A stretch of 64,000 bases of DNA from Gemmatimonadaceae bacterium (GCA_039918615.1 JBDSHG010000024.1:7795-71794), one strand, 5' to 3'; positions 26,663 to 35,602 are shown, counted from the stretch's first letter. The notes: generated by a model not told the origin, from the letters alone. Translations and numbers: made by a program.

Positions 26663-28126
26663 TTGACCGACTTCGCCGCCCCGACGCCGCACGTCACGTC
26701 GGACGACAAGCCGGCTCCCGCTGCGCCCGCGGGCCGCAAGTACGATCGCTCGATCGTAGAGGGCCCGCTCGGTCCCGCGGTCTGGAAGCTCGCGTGGCCC
26801 ACGATGCTCACCAACATCATCGGCGGGCTGCAGGGGATCATCGACCACATCATGGTCGGGCATCTCGTTGGCTTCGTCGGAAACGCCGCGATCGGTGTCT
26901 CCTATCAGATCTTCATCATGGTGATCGTCTTCATCTCCTCGCTCTTCACGGGGATGAGCGTGCTCGTGTCGCGCTTCGCGGGCGCCGGCGAGGAGGCGAA
27001 GGTCAATCGAACGGTGTATCAGGCATTTCTCACGGCGATAGGCATGTCGCTGTTCGTGATGGCGCCCGTCGGGCTCTTCTTCGCATCGCCACTGCTCGAC
27101 ATGGTGAACGCCGCGCCGGAGGTCAAGGTGCAGGCGCTCCCGTTCCTGCGCATCATGTTCACCTTCAGCACCGGGCTACTCCTCTTCTTCATGCTGAGCG
27201 GCGCCCTCCGCTCCGCCGGAGATGCGCGCACGCCCATGATCCTTGGGCTTACGATGACCGCACTCAACATCGCGTTCAACGTGGTGCTCATCCGCGGGCT
27301 CGGTCCGATCCCCTCCTACGGCACCGCCGGCGCGGCGATGGGGACCGTCTCGGCGACCAGCATCATCGGGATCTACTCACTCTACAGGCTGTGGAAGGGC
27401 GGATGGGTCGTGCAGTTCCCGCGTGGACTCGGCTGGGGTCCGGACTGGACCATCATCAAGTCGCTGTTCAAATTCGGACTCCCCACGGGCATTCAGGGAA
27501 TCGCCATGAACGTCGGAGGCGTGCTGATGCTCTCGTTCATCGGTTCACTGGCGCAGAGTGCAGTCGCGCAGGCGGTGTTCACCGTCTCGTACTCGGAGCT
27601 CTTCTCACTCATCACGTGGACGTCGATGGGGCTCATGGGCGCCGCGTCCGCGATGGCCGGCCAGAACCTCGGCGCCGGGAAGCCTGAGCGCGCGATCCAG
27701 TCGGTGCACATCGCGGCGCGCGTCGCGGTCATGACGGCAGCATTCGTCGGCCTCTTCTTCTTTTTCTTCCCGCGCCAGCTCCTCGCGGTGTTCGGGATGC
27801 ACGAGCCCGCGGTGATCGAGCTCGGCACGCAGCTGCTACGTGTGCTCAGCTTCTCCGGATTGTTCATCTCGGTTGCGCTCACCTACACGGGAGCGCTGCA
27901 GGGCACCGGCGACACCAAGAGCCCGCTCTACATCTCCGTCGTGTCGCAAGTCATCATCCCGCTCGGCATCTGCTTCACGATCCGCCACACGGGCACGCTA
28001 CAACCGATCCACATCTGGATCGCGATCCTGATCGGCCATGCAACGCGATGCCTGCTCAGCGTGTGGAGATTCAATCAGGGCAAGTGGCGCGGGATCCGCG
28101 TGGACATCGCCCCGGCAAAGGCTTAA
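26663..28126 (+). CDS. MATE-family multidrug efflux transporter
   Basis: TTG start. LAWPTMLTNIIGGLQGIIDHIMVGHL, 12-TM layout, internal duplication (second half LFKFGLPTGIQGIAMNVG). Confidence 0.9.
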   Translation: MTDFAAPTPHVTSDDKPAPAAPAGRKYDRSIVEGPLGPAVWKLAWPTMLTNIIGGLQGIIDHIMVGHLVGFVGNAAIGVSYQIFIMVIVFISSLFTGMSVLVSRFAGAGEEAKVNRTVYQAFLTAIGMSLFVMAPVGLFFASPLLDMVNAAPEVKVQALPFLRIMFTFSTGLLLFFMLSGALRSAGDARTPMILGLTMTALNIAFNVVLIRGLGPIPSYGTAGAAMGTVSATSIIGIYSLYRLWKGGWVVQFPRGLGWGPDWTIIKSLFKFGLPTGIQGIAMNVGGVLMLSFIGSLAQSAVAQAVFTVSYSELFSLITWTSMGLMGAASAMAGQNLGAGKPERAIQSVHIAARVAVMTAAFVGLFFFFFPRQLLAVFGMHEPAVIELGTQLLRVLSFSGLFISVALTYTGALQGTGDTKSPLYISVVSQVIIPLGICFTIRHTGTLQPIHIWIAILIGHATRCLLSVWRFNQGKWRGIRVDIAPAKA

Positions 28127-28257
28127 CTGTCTCGACAGCCAACCGCCCGGAGTGTCTATCTTGGTGACGGTGGAACGCTCACTGCGTATCAGATCAGCAG
28201 TAGTGTTCTGTCAGCGAAGCACGGGAGCCGTTATTTCTAGTGTTGATGGAGAGCGCT

Positions 28258-28722
28258 ATGTCATGGTCTCGCAGCTTCGCATGGCAGTTTCTATCGATGG
28301 TCGGATTCGCGGCTCTTTCGTGCGCGCACGCCCCGACCGATCCAGGTCCAGGTAAACGAGTCGTATTTGAGATTTCCCGTCAGGACTATCGAAGCGGCGA
28401 CAGCGTCCCGATCGTAGCTGTGAACCTGAGTTCTCTTACGCTCGAATATCCATCCGGCTTTTGCCCGATGTCTTTGGAATTGCTCGATCAAGGGACATGG
28501 GTTGTTGTGCCGCCCCCATCTCAGAATTCTGGATGCGCACTGTCGGTTGCTTCATTGGGGCCGAACGAGAGTGTGCCTTTTTTCTTCGTACGACCGAACG
28601 ACCTCGCGGCGGGAACGTACCGGATCCTGATTCCTTCGCCAACAACGGATATCTCAAATCCTGCTTTGGCTGAACCTCCACTGGCGACGCAAGACTTCAC
28701 GGTCAGCGCCGGTGGGCAATAG
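28258..28722 (+). CDS. hypothetical secreted protein or lipoprotein
   Basis: MSWSRSFAWQFLSMVGFAALSCAHA signal sequence. Visibly lower GC than flanking genes. No motif recognised. Confidence 0.45.
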   Translation: MSWSRSFAWQFLSMVGFAALSCAHAPTDPGPGKRVVFEISRQDYRSGDSVPIVAVNLSSLTLEYPSGFCPMSLELLDQGTWVVVPPPSQNSGCALSVASLGPNESVPFFFVRPNDLAAGTYRILIPSPTTDISNPALAEPPLATQDFTVSAGGQ

Positions 28723-28821
28723 TTGGAATCGCGTCGACATTCATCTCAGCTGATCTCCGCAAATCGTCGCGATTGTCGGAGATCATTTCGTCTGGTCGTT
28801 GGTCTCGCCTGTAAAGCTTCC

Positions 28822-29811
28822 ATGTCACTGAAGCTCATCGCGCTGCTAGCGACCGCGGCGATGCCACAGGCTCTCGCCGCCCAAGCCGTGCCTGGCGTAG
28901 CGGTCCAGGGCGAGAATGATGGACTCGACCTCTGGCTTCCAAAGATCAAGCGTCCGGATGGCGAGTACACCAACGGTCTCCGCGTTTCCATGACACGTAG
29001 CGTTGCGCCGCTGTGGGGCCGCTTCGTACACGATGCGACACCATGTAATGGAAGTGAGGTTGCCTCCCAGCGCTGCCTCACGACCGAGTTTGCTATCGCG
29101 CAGCAGATGTACACACCGTTCAACGCTGAGAACAACCCGCGACCGATCGATCGTCCATTCGCGGGATGGCTGCATGCGGATGTCACGGCTGACGTGGTCT
29201 CGACCTCTCGGCTTCGCTCCCTCAAACTCACTGCTGGTTTTACGGGCCGCGCCACACTCGCCGAAGACGTACAGAAAGCATTTCATCGGGCCGTCGGCAT
29301 ATCGACCGCCGACGGATGGCAGTATCAACTCGGCTTTCGTCCCGCCGCCAGCCTCACTTACGTCGAAAAAATTCGCGCGGTGCTTGCTACGCTGCGAGGG
29401 CGCGCAATCATCGACGCTCAACCATCGTGGAGCGTGCAGGGCGGCAACTCGCGCACGGACGCGTACGCAGAGATGACGGCTCGTCTCGGCTATCATCTCT
29501 CGCATCCGTGGAACCTCGCCTCTCGTGTGCGAGAGGGCGCGCACTCATTCGGTATCTGGATTTATGGCGGTGTTCGCGGGACCTTCGTCGCGTATGACCA
29601 GACGCTCGACCGAAGCTGGAGCAGGCATGATACCACTTACTCCGTCCAGCGAGTTCCATGGGTCGGGAGCTATCAATTTGGCGTCACCGCTCGACGCCAC
29701 TCCCTGACAGTCAGCTTCGGTGGTGTGCGCGACGAAAGGGAGTACAAGACGGAATTCGCCCCACATTCCTACGGCTCTCTCACCGTCACCGTAGATCGCC
29801 TCCTTCACTGA
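28822..29811 (+). CDS. LpxR-family (DUF2219) lipid A 3'-O-deacylase-like outer-membrane protein
   Basis: ATG 28822 within ORF 28723..29811. Signal peptide MSLKLIALLATAAMPQALAAQ, then GENDGLDLW...DGEYTNGLRVS and AIAQQMYTP, motifs I associate with LpxR/DUF2219. Confidence 0.65.
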   Translation: MSLKLIALLATAAMPQALAAQAVPGVAVQGENDGLDLWLPKIKRPDGEYTNGLRVSMTRSVAPLWGRFVHDATPCNGSEVASQRCLTTEFAIAQQMYTPFNAENNPRPIDRPFAGWLHADVTADVVSTSRLRSLKLTAGFTGRATLAEDVQKAFHRAVGISTADGWQYQLGFRPAASLTYVEKIRAVLATLRGRAIIDAQPSWSVQGGNSRTDAYAEMTARLGYHLSHPWNLASRVREGAHSFGIWIYGGVRGTFVAYDQTLDRSWSRHDTTYSVQRVPWVGSYQFGVTARRHSLTVSFGGVRDEREYKTEFAPHSYGSLTVTVDRLLH

Positions 29812-29835
29812 GCACTTCGGCACAACTGACACAAA

Positions 29836-29861
29836 CGGACAACTACATTCGCCGTTGTCCG
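29836..29861 (+). terminator. hairpin (copy 1 of a recurring intergenic element) in a convergent gap
   Basis: CGGACAAC-10 nt-GTTGTCCG perfect 8-bp stem, preceded by ACAAA and followed by ATTGTGTCC. Confidence 0.35.
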
Positions 29862-29929
29862 ATTGTGTCCGCTCGATAGGTCTGTGCCCGTATCTCAATT
29901 GTTAGTGCCAGTCTCGCGCGTACGAACCT

Positions 29930-30580
29930 CTAAACCAACTTCTCCCGCACCCGCGCCGCCGCGGGGATCTGCTTCTCGTATTCCACCGCCGCCGCCGTGC
30001 GGTTGTTCACGCCCAGCTTCTGGAAGAGATTCTGCGTGTGGAACTTCACCGTGCTCGCGCTCACGCCGAGCTGCGTCGCGATCACGCCGTTGGAGAGTCC
30101 CGCGGCGAGCAGCGCCCACACCTCGCGCTCGCGATCGCTCAGCGACCCCGGACCCGCGATCGCCCGCTCGTTCGACTTCCGCATCCAGCGCCGCGCGGCC
30201 TGCGGGAACACGAGTACTCCCGAATGCACCGCGCGCAGCGCGTCGACCGTGCGCGCGGGCGCGTCGGTCTTGAGCGCAATGCCGTCCGCCTGATGCTCGA
30301 GCGCCGCGCGCATCGACTCGCCATCGCCGTACGCCGTGAGCACCAGCACGCGAATCGTGATCTGCTCCGCGCGCAGCTTCTTGAGCACCTCGTAGCCGTT
30401 CGTGGTGCCGAGCTCGAGATCGAGCACGACGACGTCCGGACGATGCAGCCGAACGAGCTCGGGAACGCGCTCGCCCTCGGTGGTCGTAGCGACCACCTGG
30501 ATGTCGCGCTCCGCGTCCATCATCGCGCGCAGCCCTTCGAGTACGAGCGGGTGGTCGTCGACCAGCATCACACGAATCAT
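29930..30580 (-). CDS. NarL/FixJ (LuxR-type) response regulator
   Basis: ATG 30580. MIRVMLVDDHPLVLEGL, VVVLDLELG (phospho-Asp), LSDREREVWALLAAGLSNGVIATQLGVSASTVKFHTQNLFQKLG. Confidence 0.9.
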   Translation of the reverse strand: MIRVMLVDDHPLVLEGLRAMMDAERDIQVVATTTEGERVPELVRLHRPDVVVLDLELGTTNGYEVLKKLRAEQITIRVLVLTAYGDGESMRAALEHQADGIALKTDAPARTVDALRAVHSGVLVFPQAARRWMRKSNERAIAGPGSLSDREREVWALLAAGLSNGVIATQLGVSASTVKFHTQNLFQKLGVNNRTAAAVEYEKQIPAAARVREKLV

Positions 30581-30593
30581 GTCGTTTCCACTG

Positions 30594-31328
30594 TCATTGG
30601 ATGGGGAAGCAGACTTCGACACTCGTTCCATCAGCGCCCGAGTCGATCTCCAGCGTTCCATTCATGATCTCGACGCGATCGCGCATCCCGCGCAATCCGA
30701 AATGGCCACCCGTCACCCCAACATCACTCTCACTCTCGAGGATGCCGGCCACATCGAAGCCGCGTCCGTCATCTCGCACCTCGAGCACGAGCTCGTTCGC
30801 GATCACCGTGAGCTTCACCGCATGCTCCGACGCGTCTGCATGCCTCGTCGCATTCGCGAGCGCTTCCTGCAGAATTCGATAGATCGCGATCTTGAGCGCC
30901 ACCGACACCTCGGGAAGGTTTTCGCCGAGCTCGAGGTCGACGCTGTTCCCGGTGATCGATTCGTGCTGCACGATCAGCCCTTCCACGATCTCGCCCACCG
31001 GCCGCCGCTCGAACTCCGGCGGGCGGAAGGCGCCGATGAAGCTGCGGATCTCGCCGAGCGCGCGCTCGAGCGCCGCGGCGACGCGACGAAGTCCGATGGA
31101 TGCCTCACCCGCCTGCAGCTCCGGTCGCATGCGCAGGAGATGCACCTGCGACAGCGCGCTGAAGATGTCCTGCACCGGACCGTCGTGAATGTCGAGTACC
31201 ACCTGCTGCAGATCGCGCTCGGCCGCCTGCAGCAGGCCATGCGCCGCCGTCCGGTCCGACCTCTCAGGCCCCGGCTTCGCGCGCTTCGATGTCGTGCGCG
31301 GGAACAGTCCGGCGGCGCGACCCCTCAA
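30594..31328 (-). CDS. minimal cytoplasmic histidine kinase (HisKA_3 + HATPase_c only)
   Basis: TTG 31328 overlaps the peroxiredoxin stop (TTGA). H-box VLDIHDGPVQDIF, N-box ILQEALANATRHA, G-boxes DDGRGF / GHFGLRGMRDRV. No TM or sensor domain precedes the H-box. Confidence 0.8.
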   Translation of the reverse strand: MRGRAAGLFPRTTSKRAKPGPERSDRTAAHGLLQAAERDLQQVVLDIHDGPVQDIFSALSQVHLLRMRPELQAGEASIGLRRVAAALERALGEIRSFIGAFRPPEFERRPVGEIVEGLIVQHESITGNSVDLELGENLPEVSVALKIAIYRILQEALANATRHADASEHAVKLTVIANELVLEVRDDGRGFDVAGILESESDVGVTGGHFGLRGMRDRVEIMNGTLEIDSGADGTSVEVCFPIQ

Positions 31329-31918
31329 CGCGTGCCGGCGCCCGTGTGCGACGTGCTCGCCACGGCGGAGCCAAGCTCCGCATACGCACCCTCAGTGAGC
31401 TCTTTGAAGGGCATCGCCCGATACGCGATCTTGCCGTCCGGATTCAGCACGAAGGCGACGCGCGTGTCGTAGTGATTCTTCTCGTCGATCACGCCGTACG
31501 CCTTTCCGATCGTGCCCGCGGAATCGCTGACGAACACCATCGGAAAGTTCGCGTCGCGCGCCCACGACTGCTGCGTGGTGTCCGCATCCGTGCTGATCGA
31601 CACGACGACGATCCCCTTGCCGCCATTGAAGAGCGTCGCATAGCGATCGCGATACGACTCCATCTGCACCGTGCATCCCTTCGTGCGCGAGCGCGGGAAA
31701 AACGCGAGCACGACGGTCTTGCCGCGCAGGTCGGAGAGATGCAGCGGGTTCTTGAGCAAACCGTAGCGCGTGGACGCGGGCGCAGAGAAGTCCGGCGCCT
31801 GTGTGCCGACGTTGGAGACGTTCGCGGGCGATGGATCCTGCGCGGCGGCGGCCGTCGCGCAAACCGCCAACGCGGCGGCGGCAGCGAGCGAGCGCCGCAG
31901 ACTGACGAAGGTGGACAT
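31325..31918 (-). CDS. secreted AhpC/TSA (Bcp-like) peroxiredoxin
   Basis: Signal peptide MSTFVSLRRSLAAAAALAVCATAAAAQ. APDFSAP...LSDLRGKTVVLAFFPRSRTKGCTVQ (TxxC peroxidatic Cys motif). Confidence 0.8.
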   Translation of the reverse strand: MSTFVSLRRSLAAAAALAVCATAAAAQDPSPANVSNVGTQAPDFSAPASTRYGLLKNPLHLSDLRGKTVVLAFFPRSRTKGCTVQMESYRDRYATLFNGGKGIVVVSISTDADTTQQSWARDANFPMVFVSDSAGTIGKAYGVIDEKNHYDTRVAFVLNPDGKIAYRAMPFKELTEGAYAELGSAVASTSHTGAGTR

Positions 31919-32451
31919 TGTGGGGCTCCGGGGCGGGTATCCCGCAAGATGAAAGCGTGGGAGGGGGGAGGCAACAGTCCTTTCGGGCAGGTGGCGCTTG
32001 ATTTGGCTACGACGATCTGCGAAGCAAACGCCGCGAAGCGGTTTGCGACTGAGTCGAGCGTGTATACGCGCTTCGGAAGCTCCGCGTCGCGAATGTGGCG
32101 CGGCGCGGATCGTCGGAACGCGCGAATCGAGTCAACCGCATTCCGGGGGTCGTTGGCTACAACGTGCGCTCGAGCCTCGCCCCGGACAAACTCTACGAGC
32201 GATACCAGCGATACGCCGATAAAGGGAGTTAGCTCGACCTGAGAGCACTCAGCATCGATCAGCATTGTTTTGTTGCAATGGAGAGCTTCGAGGATAGCGG
32301 TGTGGCCATGCTCGGTGAGGCGGTGCGCGTCGAGTGCGACGGAGCATCTCTGCGCGAAGTCATGCGAGATTGGCTCGCGTCGGTGTATCGTGAGGAGGGC
32401 ACCAAAGTGACTCGGAAATCGTGGCGCCTATTCTCATACTATGTGATCGAG

Positions 32452-33444
32452 ATGGTGCACGTTCTTACGGTACGGTCTCGCACCCTGTGGACGTCGGCTG
32501 CGATAATCATTGCTGTCGGCGCCGCTGGCGCCTGTGGGTCGCGAGATGCGAACGGACCCATCGGCCTCACCTCAATCGTCGTCACGCCGAACCCCCAAAT
32601 CTTCGGCGTGGGTGGAACAGGCCCTTTCACCGCGACGGGGAGCAACGACCTCGGCGCCCCGGTGGCTCTTACGGCCGTCTGGTCCGTCAATCACGGCGGC
32701 GGGACGATCAATGCGTCTACGGGGATGTTCACCGCCGGACCCGATACCGGCACTTTCACCAATACGGTAAAGGCGGCGAGCGGCGCAGTCTTCGGCGAGG
32801 CGACAGTCATCGTCACGGACGACGCCACCCTTCTCGTGCCCGGACCGTTGAGGAGCGCGTCCGCGAATGGGATCATGGCGGGACAGTCATTCACCTGCGT
32901 AACCGGAGGAACGATCAACGCGAACATCGCCATCAGTCCGGGAAGCACGGTGACCGGATTTCCGCCGTGCGTCATCACTGGTGTGCAGCACCTCGCCGAT
33001 GCGATTGCGCTCGCATCGCAGAACGATCTCACGGCCGCCTACGATTCGCTGATGGGGCTCCCGTGTCCGGGCGCGAATGTCATCACCACGGACCTCGGAG
33101 CGACGACGAAGGCCGCGGGCGTCTACTGCTCCTCGTCTGGCATCGGCGTCACGGGAACGCTCACGTTGGATGCAGGAAACGATACATCGGCGACGTTCGT
33201 GTTCCAGGCGCAGAGCACCTTGATCACCGCCGGGAACGTCGTGCTGATCAACGGTGCCAAGGCCCACAACGTGTATTGGGTCGTGGGATCGTCGGCGACG
33301 CTCGGTACCAGCTCGCAGTGGCAGGGAAACGTCATTGCCCTCACGAGCATTACGTTGGTGGACAATGCGAATCTGACCGGCCGCGCACTCGCTCGAAACG
33401 GCTCGGTCTCGCTCGGAAACAACAACACGATCACGCTGCCATAG
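32452..33444 (+). CDS. ice-binding-like (DUF3494) protein with N-terminal Big_2-like Ig domain, probable lipoprotein
   Basis: ATG 32452. MVHVLTVRSRTLWTSAAIIIAVGAAGACGS. Ig-like LTSIVVTPNPQIFGVGGTGPFTATG. DUF3494 core DLTAAYDSL...DLGATTKAAGVYCSSSGIGVTGTLTLDAGNDTSATFVFQAQSTLITAGNVVLINGAKAHNVYWVVGSSATLGTSSQWQGNVIALTSITLVDNANLTGRALARNGSVSLGNNNTITLP. Confidence 0.75.
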   Translation: MVHVLTVRSRTLWTSAAIIIAVGAAGACGSRDANGPIGLTSIVVTPNPQIFGVGGTGPFTATGSNDLGAPVALTAVWSVNHGGGTINASTGMFTAGPDTGTFTNTVKAASGAVFGEATVIVTDDATLLVPGPLRSASANGIMAGQSFTCVTGGTINANIAISPGSTVTGFPPCVITGVQHLADAIALASQNDLTAAYDSLMGLPCPGANVITTDLGATTKAAGVYCSSSGIGVTGTLTLDAGNDTSATFVFQAQSTLITAGNVVLINGAKAHNVYWVVGSSATLGTSSQWQGNVIALTSITLVDNANLTGRALARNGSVSLGNNNTITLP

Positions 33445-33473
33445 AGTGACCGCTGTGCGCACACGGCGCCCGC

Positions 33474-34691
33474 TCAGTATCGGAAGGCGACCTTAATGCT
33501 CTCGCCGTCGGCCTTGTTCGACGCGGTTGCGAGCGCCTTGCGGTAGTCGCCGAGCGCGAAGGTGTGTGTGAGCAGCGGCGCGAGCGGCGCCGCTCCGCTC
33601 GCGATCAGCGAGGCCGCCGTCGCGAACGCCCCCTGCGCCGCGCTCGCGTGCACCGGGCTCCCGTAGCACAGCGAGCCGCGCACGGTGAGCTCCTTGAGCC
33701 AGAGCGGCGTCCAATCGAGACCATTCATCGTGCTCGAGTTCCCCAGCAGCACGATCGTCCCCCCCGCGCGCGTGACGCGCATCGCGTCGTCCATCCCCCG
33801 CGCGCCGCCGATACACACGAACGTCCGGTCGAAGCCGCCGACGCCAACCATCTTCCCGATGATCGGCTTGAGCAACCGCGTGCCACCCGCATCCGCGAGC
33901 GCCTTCGTATAATCGCCGCGCGCCGGAACGATTTCGGTGGCGCCGAGCCGCGTCGCGTGCGCGCGCTGCGCATCGTAGCGCGCGAGCGCCGTGATGCGCG
34001 CCGTCGGCGCCAGCGCCCGCAGCGCAGCGATCGTGAGTAGCCCGATCGACCCCGCGCCGATTACCAGCACCCGCTCTCCAGCCCCGGGGAGATTCGCGCG
34101 CACGGCATGAACCGAGCACGCGAACGGCTCGATCAGCACCGCGCTCTCATCGCTCACGCCTTCCGGGATCGTCACGAGCTGCCCTTCGTGCGCGACGAAC
34201 TCCTCCCCCCAGCTCCCGCCGAGCCCGCGTGTCGTGCCGATCAGCATCCCCGGCGCGATCGCGCCGTCGGTGAAGTGCGCGCACCTCGAGTGATGCCCGC
34301 TCTCGCAGGGCACGCATCGCGGCGCGATCCCGCGCGGCTCGCAGCAGAGCAGGGGATTCGCCGTCACGCGCGCGCCGACCTTCACCGTCGTCACCCCGTC
34401 TCCCACCGCCACCACCTCGCCGACGTTCTCGTGGCCGAGCACGAACGGAAACGACGAGAATGGCGACGTCGACGGGCTCGCACCCAGCGAGACGACGTTG
34501 AGATCGCTCCCGCAGATGCCGCCGAGCCGCGTGCGAATGCGCACCCACCGCTCGTTTGGCAGCGATGGCTGCTCGATGTCCGTGTACGACGTGCACGCGA
34601 GCGCGCCGGTGTAGAAGCGGCGGGAGAGCCTTCCAGCAGCGAGCGTGGCGAGGTACGTCGGGATCGGCGCCGCGAAGCGGATCGCCTTCAC
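33474..34691 (-). CDS. zinc-dependent alcohol dehydrogenase (MDR family)
   Basis: GTG 34691 overlaps the upstream stop (GTGA); only the last 405 codons of ORF 33474..35414 are real. GGICGSDL, GHENVGEV, structural-Zn Cys cluster CCEPRGIAPRCVPCESGHHSRC, VIGAGSIGL NAD loop. Confidence 0.85.
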   Translation of the reverse strand: MKAIRFAAPIPTYLATLAAGRLSRRFYTGALACTSYTDIEQPSLPNERWVRIRTRLGGICGSDLNVVSLGASPSTSPFSSFPFVLGHENVGEVVAVGDGVTTVKVGARVTANPLLCCEPRGIAPRCVPCESGHHSRCAHFTDGAIAPGMLIGTTRGLGGSWGEEFVAHEGQLVTIPEGVSDESAVLIEPFACSVHAVRANLPGAGERVLVIGAGSIGLLTIAALRALAPTARITALARYDAQRAHATRLGATEIVPARGDYTKALADAGGTRLLKPIIGKMVGVGGFDRTFVCIGGARGMDDAMRVTRAGGTIVLLGNSSTMNGLDWTPLWLKELTVRGSLCYGSPVHASAAQGAFATAASLIASGAAPLAPLLTHTFALGDYRKALATASNKADGESIKVAFRY

Positions 34692-35602
34692 GCCCTGGTG
34701 CTCACGGATGTCGCCGGCGTCGCGACGCGCAGCGCGGCGGGGATGCAGGAGATCTCTATCGTCGACGACTTCGCCGTGTTGTACTCGCCGTCCGTCTCGT
34801 ACGCCGGCGGCGCATCGAACTTCAGCGTGAACACGCACGCCTGCTCCGACAGTACCAGCGGATTGCGTACGTGCTTCCCGCTCGGCGCCGCCGCCAGCAT
34901 CGCGATACGCGTGAACGGAGACGCATCGAGGATCGAGATCGCGTCGAGCTTCCCGTCGTTGATGCGGGCGTCCGGAGCGATCTCGAACATTCCGCCGAAG
35001 TTGCGGCCGTTGGCGATTATGAGCATGAGGTGCGCCCGTGGCCCGCGCGCGACTGCGGCCGTGGCGATGTCGATCGGCATTCCGCTGAACTTGAAGAGCT
35101 GCCGGAGCGCGGCCGTGAGATAGAGCAGGTCGCCGGTGATGAGCGGGATGTTCTCGAGGTCGTCGAGCACCGCGATGTCGAAGCCGAAGCCCGCGACGTT
35201 GAGGAAGTAGCGATCCTCGATGCGCCCGACATCGCAGCGCATGTCGGGGCCCTCGACGGCGAGCTTCGCGGTGGCGGCGAGATCGCGCGCGGGTGCGCCG
35301 ACGGTCTTCGCGAAGTCGTTCCCCGTCCCAGTCGCGAGGAGCGCGAGTCGGCAGTCCGACCCCGAGGAGAGGATTGCGTTGGCGGCATTGCTCCACGTCC
35401 CGTCGCCGCCGCATGCGACGATCGTGGTCGCGCCGTCGTGCAGCGCGAGCGCCGCGAGCCGCTTCTCGTCGCCCGGGCGCTGGGTGAGCCGGATGTCGGT
35501 GACGCCAACGCTTGCGAAGGTCTTACGGATGTCGGGGAGTAAACGCGAACCCCGCCCCCTTCCGGAGGCGGGGTTCACGATCACCGTGACGCGGTCGGTC
35601 AT
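34688..35602 (-). CDS. diacylglycerol/ceramide-kinase-family lipid kinase (YegS/BmrU-like)
   Basis: ATG 35602 overlaps the upstream stop (ATGA). VTVIVNPASGRGRG, IVACGGDGTWSNAANA, LLATGTGNDFAKT, FLNVAGFGFDIAV, ETDGE. Confidence 0.85.
   Translation of the reverse strand: MTDRVTVIVNPASGRGRGSRLLPDIRKTFASVGVTDIRLTQRPGDEKRLAALALHDGATTIVACGGDGTWSNAANAILSSGSDCRLALLATGTGNDFAKTVGAPARDLAATAKLAVEGPDMRCDVGRIEDRYFLNVAGFGFDIAVLDDLENIPLITGDLLYLTAALRQLFKFSGMPIDIATAAVARGPRAHLMLIIANGRNFGGMFEIAPDARINDGKLDAISILDASPFTRIAMLAAAPSGKHVRNPLVLSEQACVFTLKFDAPPAYETDGEYNTAKSSTIEISCIPAALRVATPATSVSTRA

Noticed and set aside
31489-32265. 258-aa minus ORF in the prx / ice-binding-like divergent gap. Its first roughly 110 codons (MLIDAECSQVELTPFIGVSLVSLVEFVRGEARAH...) look protein-like, faintly PIN/VapC-like.
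   Set aside because: It has no stop before running about 430 nt into the peroxiredoxin gene in another frame, the resemblance is too weak to call, and there is no partner antitoxin. It could be another decayed gene. blastx of 31920-32270 would settle it.
32278-32451. Upstream extension of the ice-binding-like ORF (MESFEDSGVAMLGEAVRVECDG...).
   Set aside because: The internal ATG 32452 gives a clean signal peptide and lipobox. The extension would bury that signal peptide.
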